64,000 nt of DNA from a virus: positions 69,628 through 133,627 of the IMG/VR virus record IMGVR_UViG_3300047476_000597. One strand, 5' to 3'. Both the position numbers and the translations under genes were made by a program. The notes beneath the pieces were generated by a model that made no database searches, was not told where the DNA came from, and saw only the letters and a list, made by a program, of their open reading frames with translations. Positions 40,225-52,200 of the stretch are shown here, piece after piece. The number at the start of each line of letters is the position of its first letter. Position 1 is the stretch's first letter.

Positions 40225-43200
40225 ATGTTTAATAGCAATATCATATCTGAGAGTATTACACCAACATTAGTAGGAGCTGGAATACCTACACCGCACTTAC
40301 AACAACAGTTTTATCAAACAGGCTTGTTGCCATCTAATACTGAAAATGATGTGCCACCATTAGATATAATGGACTCTCTTATGGCAGACATGAAAAAAGC
40401 AGCACCTACAAAAGAAGCAGGTATGGCCCCAGACTATTTTAACTGGGATAAAAGTGGTGCTGCTCAATATGTTAATGATCGACATTTCTCCACTATAGGT
40501 TTTGATCCTTTTGCATCTGGTATTACTGATCCTACTACAGGCAAAACAGCTAATCCATATGAGATAAGATACCAACAAGCATCTGATTGGGGAGATGTTA
40601 TGGGTAAGGCAGCTGGTCAGTTTGTTGGTCTAGCTGGCCTAACAATCAAAGCAGGGTTACAGTCTGATGCACATCTTATTAACGCTCTATTCAATCCAGC
40701 CTCTTGGTCTGACTATCTATCAGGAAAAGATACATTTGTTAACAAACTAGCTGGTTCTCCAGAAGAACTGCTAGAAACAGATAAAGAGCTTAAAGATATA
40801 ATGAATAAATATCATATATACCAGACTCCAATAACACAAGAAGGAATATTCAATAAAGAGTTTCTTGGTGATATTGTAGGGCAGTTAGGATTCTCTGCTG
40901 GTGCAGCTGGTTATATGATGGGTACTGGGTTATTATTAGGAGGATTAGGACGTATTGTAGGTTCTGGTAAGAACATAGCTGCTATGACTCGTTTGGGTAA
41001 GGCTATGGAGCAGATGAAAGATGTAGGACATCTAGAGGATCTGAAACAGGTACAGAACCTGATGAGTAGTGGTAAAACAGCTACAGCAATATCAGAAGAT
41101 GTTAATATGGTTAAAAGAATGACTGATCTTGGTAAGAATCGTTCTTTTATTGAGGGTGTTGTTGAGAACTTTACTCCATTCTATCAAGCTATTACTGATG
41201 CAAGAGCTGTTAAGACAGCTGGTGGTACCAGTATGCAGATGTTCCAAGCTACTGTACCAGGGTTGATAAAGAACTATACGATGTTTTCAGCTGCTAGGGC
41301 AGAAGCATCTATAGAGGCAGCTGGTACCTATGGTGATATGTACATAGGACTCATGGATTCATTCTACGAGAAAGAAGGTAGACTACCGGATGCCACAGAG
41401 GCTATGAATATAAAGAATGCTGCTTATGGTGCTGCTACTGATAACTACATAGTGAACACTGGTCTATTAATGACCATGAACAATATACAGTTTGGTAACA
41501 TGATGAGTAAGTTCTCTAGTACTAAGAGATTATTCAGAGAACTAGCAGAAGCTAGTGATGATGGTCTTATGGCTGTGAAAGGTAAACTGAAAGACGGTGT
41601 TAATGATGTATACAGAGTCTACAATAAAAACTCATTCGGTGGTATAGGTGCTTACAACAAGGTACGTAAAGATTTTGGTCTTGGTACCGCTATGTACACA
41701 GTACTAAAAAATAATGCTAAGAACCTAGGAAAATGGGAGGTATCTGAAGGATTACAGGAGTTACTACAAGAAGGTTCTAATAGGTCTTTGACTGAGTACT
41801 ATACCAACATGTATCATGGTAATAAGGATGTAGATGGTAATATACTGAATAGAGTAGATCTTGCTAAGGGATTAGGAGACCAGCTGAACAAAGAGGGTTG
41901 GAAGACGTTCCTAATGGGCTCCGTTACTGGGCTATTCATGTCTCCACTAACGTCAGCTGTTATGTATGGTAAGACAGCTGGTGCAAAAGCTCTATACTCC
42001 AACGTAAGAGAAGCTGCAGAGAATAAAAAGAAAACTGTAGAAGCTAATAGACAGCTGCTAGAGACATTCTTCAATAATCCTGATACAGCTACAAAAGGAT
42101 TCAGCAGGTTCAAAGAGCAGATGAAGGTGTCTAAGAATATTGGAGATGCTGCTGCTATTAATGACCCATACATGAGTCACAACTCAAAAGACGATGCTAT
42201 ATCACAAGCAGCTGGTGCAGCTGTAAAAGCTGGTATGTTGGATGCTTTTGTAGATAACATTCGTATGATGGGTGATGGTAGATTCACACCAAAAGAGTTT
42301 ATGGAACAGTTTAATCTTACAGAAGAGGTTAATCCTAAACAATACACTGAGCAGCTGGCTACTAATATTGAACAATACTATATTAATTGGCAAAACCTAA
42401 AAGACCGTTATTCTGATCTTATTATACCTGAACTAGAAAAAGATCCGGCTAAACAGCTAGATGCACAATGGAAAAAAGCAGCATTAAATGAAGCTATAGA
42501 GATATTAGCATATAATACGTATCATGCTGGTTCTGCTATGACAAGAGCAGCAGAGATTAAAACTGCAGCTAGCCAAATACCTGGTATAGGACAAACTACT
42601 AGCAGAATATTTGATCTGTTTGGTAATAACAGTGAGTTGGACAAGGAGATCAAACTATTACAACTGAACCTAAAAACACTAAAAGACACAGCTACAGGAG
42701 ATCTTGAGCTAACACAACAGGTAAAAGCTACAGAGGACAGGATAAAGGCTTTAGAGTCATGGAAAGAAAAATATAATAGGTTACTAGACTCTAAAGAAGA
42801 GTCAGAAGAAATGGATAACCTTAAAACAGAACTACAACTCTATATGAGGTTATATATAGAATCTGACAATCAATCTAGTGGCAGATCTAATACTAATCTG
42901 CTAGACTCTGATTTTGAAAAAGCTTTTAAACTACTAGGAGATTATAACGCTCTTAACAGAGACTATAGTCAGTACATAGAAATACTTAATCTACTCTCTA
43001 ATCCTAAAAACTTTGTTACTATGCATAGTAAGCTGTTTGATGCTATGACAGCTGCTAGGGATACTGTAAAAGAAGAAGCTAAAAAAGAAGCTGACCTACG
43101 TGCTGATATTACTAACGGTGATCCAGTACCAGCAGACACAACAAAAGAAGATGATGAAGATGATGATTTTGCAGATAGTGATGTGTTACCTGTAGATACG

Positions 43201-46200
43201 TATACACCAGTAGAACCAAAAACAAAAGAAGATTTAGAGTTCGCTATAAAACAACTAGAAGATGCTTTTCAGGCTAGAGTAGCTAATCTTGTAGCTAATG
43301 GAGCTACAGAGCAAGATGCTAGAGATATTGCAGAAAAAGAAACACCACAAGATGATAAAGATGCACTAACATCATTAAAAGAAAAACTAGCTACACTAAA
43401 GAATACAGAAGAACCAGAAACTACCGAAGACGTAGAAGATGATGCAGATGGTCAACCTGTTGTATATACTAACCAACAAAACAAAGACAAGATACAGAAT
43501 ATCAATAACATGAATATTCTTACTCTTGCTGGTACAGCTGAACAAAAAGCTGCTAAAGATGCTGTATTAAGAGACATTACTCCTGAAGAGTTAAGAGCCG
43601 GGTTACGTCTTATTAGTAGACTGTCTGTAGACGATATAGAAAAAGTAGAACTACCTGATGGGAAAATACAGCTGTTAGATAAGAGAGTAACTACATCAGT
43701 AAAAGACCTAGGTACTTATGCTACTGAAGATGAAGTAGATGCTGCTATTAAAAAAGCTATGATGCCTTTTAAAAAAGGAGACTATGTACAACAGATGCGT
43801 AGTACATACACTGTAGCTGTATATTATAATGATACACTAATAGGCTATCTACAACCACCACAGCAATATTTGTTTACATTCAACGGACATCTAGTTGATG
43901 TTAATAGTTTGACACCAGAGCAGTTTGCAGCTGTTGCTATTATACCAGAAGGTATGACAGCTGAAAAGGCTCTTATTCAGTTTCAACAGAATGTAACTAA
44001 CAGCTTATCAGTATGGTCTGGACTAGAGCCATTATTATCAGCTGGTAACACTACTCTATCAGGAGAAGAAATACCATTCAGAATAACACCATCTAGAGGA
44101 GAGAATGATTTTAATAATGAGAAAGAGTCTATACAGTTTAATAATGAGATAGAAAAAATAGAAAAAGAAAGACAAGAAAAATTGTCTAGGGTACAGGATG
44201 TTCTTATAACACCAGCTGAAGATTTATCTTATAGAGAGGTTAAAGAAGATCCTTATTCAATACAAGAAAATATAAAAAAACAAATAAAGAAACTACAAGA
44301 CCATATAGAAACTCTTAAAAAAGGTAGATTGTATACGTATCTAAGGGACTATGGTACAACAAAACCTAAAACAGGTTTATATGCTTATTACATAGCACGA
44401 GACAATAGTACAAACCCAAATGTTTCTACTATAGGCAGAGTAACTGGTGTTTTAGGTAACAAATTTAAAACTGATAAAAATGATAAATTAATAGGAGATC
44501 AACAAACAATAGTTGGGTCAAACAACTATTATTATTTCCTTCCATTTGAAATAACCCAGGAAGAAGACACTAGTAAAGCTATTAACGACATAGAAAATAA
44601 AAAACAACCTTTTGTTGCTGAATTAGCAGAGATAGAAAAAGATATTGTTTATCTAAATAGACCAGTACTTAAACCTATTAAAACTAAGAACCAAAAAGCA
44701 ATAGACAGCATTAATGCAGATTATAATAAAAAAATAGCTGCATTAGAAGCTAGTATACCTGACCGTCCTACATTAGCAGATATACAAGCACTATATGAGG
44801 TAGAAGGAATAATAGATAACTCCGCTAATGAGGTGTACTATGGTAATCCTAGACTCATAGAAGAACAACCTGAGTATGCTAACAATCTAGGTAACTATCG
44901 TGTAGCTGTTAAACTACCTAATGGTCAGAGAGTTTGGTTACAAGCTAAGGGTATTAAGATGACTGATAGTGATGTCAAGGACATTGCTAAAAAGATTACT
45001 GCGTTTTTTGGTAAGAAAAAGAAAACAGTTAAGGACATAGAGACTCTTAATGAATTACTATCTACTATATTCATTACTGCTAGACCAGAAAATGCTAACG
45101 GTATATTCTTTGATTTCCGTATATCTGATAAGGGTAATCTTGCTGTTAGATGGTATGACCCTTTTATGAATGAAGGGCAGGGGGCTAGTGGAGTAATAGA
45201 TGTTGCTAAAAACGAGACTCCTTTTACAGATATGTCTTCTTTCACCACATACCTTACAGCTGTCATTAATACTGCTATGACTAGTGATGTAGCTGTTAAA
45301 GAAGGTGTTATGTGGCCCAAAGACGGTGTAGTATTCACTGAGTACAATGTACGTAAACAACCTGATGTGAATGCACTAGACCAGATGGAGATTACCTCTA
45401 ACATTGGTCTGGTTAAGAATATAGTACCATCAGTAGTACCAGAAACACCGGCACCTATTAAAGGACTGGAGGTAATACCAGCACAGACTGACATACCAAT
45501 AGAGCCTAGTGTAGAAGGGAAGAGTTCTGTAGATGTACCAGTAGCAGTTACACAAGAGACTAACGGTACACAACCTACTGTAGAGTCTTTGGCTCAGTTA
45601 GAAGATGATGACTGGATAGACAGTATTATAGCATTAAAAACAGTACCAGCTGATGAGGTTTTTACTGGGCAGTCTGTAGAGAATATAGGACGGTTTAGCG
45701 ATTACATAAAAAAGAACCTACCATCGTGGTTGACTATAGAAGAGGTTGATTCTTTTATAGATACATTATATAACAACAACATTACAGCTGGCGAGTTTAT
45801 GTACTACCTAGATAAGACTGGTAATGTGCAAGCTGTTATACGTACTAATAAAGACTCTGTAGGTAAATACCATGAGGCATTTCATATGGTGTTCCGTCTA
45901 TTGTTACCACAAGAGACAATAGATAGACTACTCAACGAGGTAGCTGGTATATATCCTGCAACACCAGCAAGATTACAGGCTCTTAGAGAGTCTTCTCCAT
46001 TATATACTGAGATGTCAGAAGAACAGCTGACTGAGATCTTGTACGAAGAATACATGGCTGATCAGTTTGATGCTTTTAGAATGGGGCGTACAGATAGAGT
46101 AACTACTGGTATTCGTGGTTTCTTTAACAGACTAACAGACTGGATAAACTGGTTGTGGGCTCAGTTTACTGGTGCTGATATGAAAGGACTATTCTATGAG

Positions 46201-49200
46201 ATAGAGCGTGGTTCTTTCAGGAATAGCACTGTACAGCCTAACCAGTATGTGAATAATATAGGTACCAGTGCTAATGTTGCTAAGAAGGTTATACCAATAG
46301 GTACTGAGACTATACAGACACCATCAGGACCTAAACAGGTTACTAAATACCTACCACAACAAGAAGGAGAGATAATATCTTCTACTATGGCTGCTTTGTT
46401 CCTGAAGAAAGCTCTATTAGAAGGTAGCTATAATACTAATGCAGTATATAAAGAGATACTAGATACATATGCTGCTATGTATAATCCAGCTGATCCAAAA
46501 TACCGGGAGAGAGCTAAAGAGATGTCTAGAGTAGACAAAGAAGCTGCTATACGTTGGTTTCTTAGACTGAAAGAACGTCACAACCTGTTTATATCTGATG
46601 CTGGTAGAACTGCACTAAAAGATGCTGCTAATGTCTACCTAAAAATATCTGGTATAAAAACAGAAATGGAAGAAGATGAGGTAGAAGATCTTACAGATGA
46701 CTACGGAGAACGTAATGTAGAAGATAGAAAACGTCCTACTACATACGCTGCCCTATCTGCATTCTTACGTCAGTTTATAGGTGGTACTACTGTAACATTC
46801 ACCGATGAGTTTGGTAATACAGAGTTTTCAGCAGGTGTTCCATTAGTACAGGCTATTAATGCTAATAAGGTGTACAATGGTATGATTAAACTGCTGTCTA
46901 ACCAGTCAGGTGCTACTGATATGATTAGTCGTATGTGGAGTATGCGTAATGATGATAGCAACCCAGAGACAGCTGCATTCATCAGAGAGGTAATAAGAGA
47001 AACTGGTCTAGAATATGATGATACTACTAAAACATTCACTACAGCTAAGAATAGTATACTCATACAACAAGTGATAAAAGGGTTCAACATGTTTGAACTA
47101 GATCATCTGTTTGTACAGATGGATAATAATAATAAGGTGCGTGTATTTTCAGCTAACTCACAAGAGGTAACACAGAATCAACTGAATGCATGGAGCTCAG
47201 AGTTTGAAATACGTCTAGGTAATAAACTAGTAGGCAAGAGCAAGAAAGATGTAAAAGAGATGGTGACTGCTGCTACTGGTGGTTTTGATGAGATGTTGTC
47301 TAATATGAATAACAAGACAGCACTAGCTACACATATTGGCACTGTTGAGCTGCAAAACCTTAGTAAACAGATAGCTAACAGAATATATGCTGGTACCGGC
47401 ATTAAACTGTCTCCTAGATACATAGAATATTCTATTGCTTTTGCTAAAGATGATAATGTAAGGACAGCTGAACAACGTGTACTGTTACGTGGTTATACTG
47501 ATGTGGAACCATTAACAGTTGAAGATATTAGGGGTATAAAATACTCGTTGCTAAAAGGAGATAATGTATTCATAGAAACAGAGGACAATAAAGGAGCTAT
47601 TGGTAGGTTAAAAACAATGGCACTGGGTAATGCACAGTTTGATGAGTCTGTGAATACCATGTCGTACCAAACAGCTGATGGGGAAACTGTGTACTCTCAT
47701 ACACTACCATCTTGGATTACTGTTATGACTAATAAACTGAACAATGAGATGTTCAGAGAAGACCTTATGCAAGATCCTGATAGACGTTCTTTCTTATTAG
47801 AGAGTGAACGTTTCTTAGAACTAGCTAGACAACGTAAGATAAAGGTTATAGGAGCAGATGGTTTAAAAAGAGTAGACATGTTTGAGCCTGGTGCTACTGT
47901 AGATGATATTGGTAGGGCTGTTACTAACACTGATGGTAAGGTGATGGGTGATTTTACGCCTAGAGAGTTTTTGGTCTACCTATTATCTACGTATGTAAAA
48001 CCTAAAAATGTTGTTACAACACAAAAACCCATAGAGAAATATACAGATGAAGAAGGTGTAGAGTATGCTACAGAGGCCTTTACTACTGCACCTGTTATGT
48101 TGCGTACTATAGAGGCTAAAAACCAGATGTTCTTTATGGAACTACCTATTGTTGCAGCTGTAGAGAATAATAGATTATCACAACAGGTAGTAGACATCAT
48201 GTATGACATGGTGCTGCAAGAACAACAGAGAATAGCTAGAGTAAAAGAAGAGATAAAGACTATAGCAAAACAAGCTACCAGACCACTAAAAGACGGTGAG
48301 GTTAGAGTAGAGGTAAAAGAAGGGTATCACACTGGTAAAAACCCAAGAGGATTAAAACTATTTAATACTGCTCTTATGATGGGTGACATGGCTGCTGATA
48401 TAGAAGCTGGAAAACCTATAGATAAGGATGCACTAACAGAACAGCTGAACAGATACTGGTTAGCAGAGACAGAAGCCCTTATTACTGACATGCGTGTATT
48501 AGGTCTTGTAAGAAAAGAAGAAGATGGTATCAAGAATCTGTTGGCACCAGAGTACCTATTCAAAGGGGAGAAAGGTGATTATAACCTAATACCTGGTGAT
48601 TTCTTTCATAATGTAATGCAGGTGTTTGTCAATGACTATGTGAATAGTGCTGCTGCTAATAAACTGTTATTAGGAGAAGAGGCTATGAGTTTCAAGAATA
48701 CCATAGATCAGGTTAAGAGAGCTTCTGGTTGGGCTGCTGCAGGACCTGATATGAGAGTATTAGTAACGGCACCAGAGTGGGGTATTAATCACACACTCAG
48801 TACATTCCACCACTTCACATTTGCTGATCCTAGGTTTAGAAAGATGACTGACGGTGTTGATAAGAATGGTAAACTAGAGGCTACTGGTGACAAAGCAGAT
48901 GCTCTGATGTACATGACTGAAAAAGCACAGAGATATGCACTATTCGGTTTTGGTACGCTCAACAAAACACAGGTAGATGCTCTTAATACTCTAGCTGATG
49001 GTAATCAGTTATCTAAAGAAGAGGTGTTTGGTTCTGACGGATTAATAAAAGCAGGTGCTTTTAACAGTATGAAACTGGTGTATTTTGATGGACAAAACTA
49101 TCTCAAAAACTCTACTATAACCCTATTCAAAACATTTACATCTCTACCAGACAGTAACGGAGAGTTCACTATACCATTCCCAGGTCTAGAACATCTGCAT

Positions 49201-52200
49201 GAGTTACGTCTTAAGATGGAAGAGTTTGAGGCTAAGAGTGATACTATAGTGTTTGGACACCCTGTTACTGCTTCTAAGGGCATGAAGGTAGATATAGCAC
49301 CTACTGTTTCAGCTGTTACTGATAGTAACTTCCAACAGCTAAATGCTCAGTACATGAGAAAACAGGTAGAGAATCCATCTAACAAGATACAGATTACCTC
49401 TCCTACTCAGGCTATGATTCAGATTATGGCTGAACAAAACCCTGATACTAAGGTTGTATTCTTAGGTAGTGAGAAAGACAGTGATGGTAATGACTGGACT
49501 GTAGGTAGAATACGTGACATATATCAAGAGAGTATAGCACAAAGGAAGACTAATAGTTTTAATACAGCTGTTAACGACATAGTAGATTATGAGGGAGCAT
49601 TAGTTGAGTTACAGACTAGTATAGACATACAAAAGCTGACTCCTAAACTAGGTCGCTTTATTAAGAATGCACAGGAGATGTTAATGGCTACTGGTGCTGA
49701 CAGCCAGACACTAGGATTCTTTGAGCTAGACGCACAGGGAGAACCTATATACGACATGAACTTTCCAGCTGTACTAACAAAATACACGCAGCTGTTCCTT
49801 AGTTATTTCTCTAAGGGCATATTATCAGAAAAGGTTCCTGGTATGTCAGTAGCTACTGTGTCACCATGGGGTATACGTAAGATTAAAATAGTGACTAGTA
49901 TATGGAAAGAAGGTGACAAGGGCTACAAGAAAGCACTAGAAGGACAACCACGTACATGGAAGGTAGTAACAGATGCTGAGATAAGAGCTAATCCAGCTGC
50001 ATATAGTAATCCTATTGACTGGAGTACACAAGATGAGTATGCAAGAAGATACGAGGGGCTACAGGTAGGAGATATATACGTAGATGATCTTAGACACAAC
50101 TATCCAAAATACGATGAGAAAGGTAATTACCTAGGACAGTTTTCTGAGTGTCTTATACCAGCTCATTATAAAGATGTTATGGATAAAATACCAGAAGCAT
50201 TACGGTTTATGTTTGGTATTCGTATTCCATCTGATGATAAGCACTCTTATGTAGCACTAGAGTATGTAGACACATTACCGGCTCAGTATGGTAGTGTTGG
50301 TGTATTCCCACAAGAGATTATAGAGATCTCTGGTATGGACTTTGATATAGACAAGATGTACATAGAGATGGCTGATACCTATGCAGAACTGCAAAGAGAA
50401 AACCAAGAAGAATATGATACGTTAAAAAATATAATAGACAGAACAAAAGCCAGATTAAACGAACTTTCTGGTATGTTTGAAAATACTCCTGGGTATTCTA
50501 AAGAAATAGCAGACAAAGGACGACAGATAAAAGAAGTAAAGAAATATGTTAAAGCGCAGTATGACAATCTAGTTATTACAGAGTCTGATTACATTGATAG
50601 AATACAAGAACTGGATAATGAGTTAGAGTCTCTTGGTACTATGGAAGGAGCAAAATATAGAAGACCTATCATACAAGAGATGAAATCTTTATCTGGACAA
50701 TTAGTAGGAATAAAAGCCAGAATAAAACAATTAACAGAAACATCTGTTAGAGTGGCTTATGGTTCAAAAACTGACACACAAGGAATATTTGATGAGTATG
50801 TAAAATGGCAATTTGCTAATAATAATGCATTTAGAGCTAAAATAAAAGAACTAGCTAGTATAGGACCAGTTGATGTAGGTGGAGATATAGTAGGTAATAT
50901 AAACTCAGACATTATAGCAGACATAGAAGATATTTATGAGTTATTATCTGCAACTTCTATAGATAAGATGATTCTTAAGACTGCTTTAGCAGAGTTAGGT
51001 ATGCCTACTGATGCTATAGAGTATTATAATATGACCCATGAAAATGGTGTACAGATAAAAGATCTCAACAACGGTGTGCTTACTAACAAAGCTCTATCTG
51101 CTAAACTAGCTATGTTAAATAACGATGATATTGCAGTAGATACAGAAGAACAGCTGTCTATACTCAACCAGGGTACGTCAGTAGACATCCTCAGTAGTTT
51201 AGTAGATGACCTTGTTGTAGAGTTTACTGCTATGCAATCTAACGAGAGCATACCAGCTGCAGATAAGAAGAACATCACTAGAGTACTGAAGGTTCTACAG
51301 GAACCAGATGTTAATGTGGATAGTCTTAGAGGTAAACTAGCTTCTAATATGAATAACAAAGAAGGTAGCCGTAATATTGGAGCAGCTGTTCTATCTATGT
51401 TGGTGTTCTCTACACTGAACCAGCACAATATGACACTGTCATCAACAGACTATCAGCTGTCGTTTGATGGTAAGGACTATTTTAGCTTCATAGATACTAA
51501 AACAACTGATGGTAAAAGAAAGTTTGCACAGATCTCTGCTATTGTGAATGCAATGACGGACAATGCTAAAGAAAGACTAGCAGCTAAACTAGGACTGAAC
51601 ATAGAAGCAGTTGGTTATGTATCTGCTATGGTGGCTCTTGGTGTACCTATTAAAACAGCTACACTAATGATGTTACAACCTATAGTAAGAACCTATTTTA
51701 AACAGCTACAGGCTACTAAGGGTAGTATAAAAACAGACGAAGAAAAAAAGGTACGTGCTTCTACTTTACTAGCTAACATAATAGACAGTGTTAAAAACAT
51801 TGGTGGAGTAGACCTTACAGATACTAACATGATTAGCAATATAGCTGGTGGTGACAATAACTCAGCTGTTAGTGCATCTGCTATACGTATGTTGGCTAGA
51901 GTAGATAAGGTATCACAAAACATTGCACAGATAGCTAAGGTTACTAGACTACAAAAGGGATTGCCAAAAACATATGAAGAGATTGATAGTATACTATCAA
52001 CTATAGCAACATTGTCAGATCCTTTTACACCGGCACCTATACCATTCTTTACTGTTATAGGTACTGATCCTATTATGCGTACTAACATACGTATATTGGA
52101 GCAGATCAACAGTATAGCACCAGCATTCTTTACAGAAAGAACGGCTGCCTTTAAGAACATAACAGACATCATACATGCTAACTTTGAACCAGAAAGAAGA

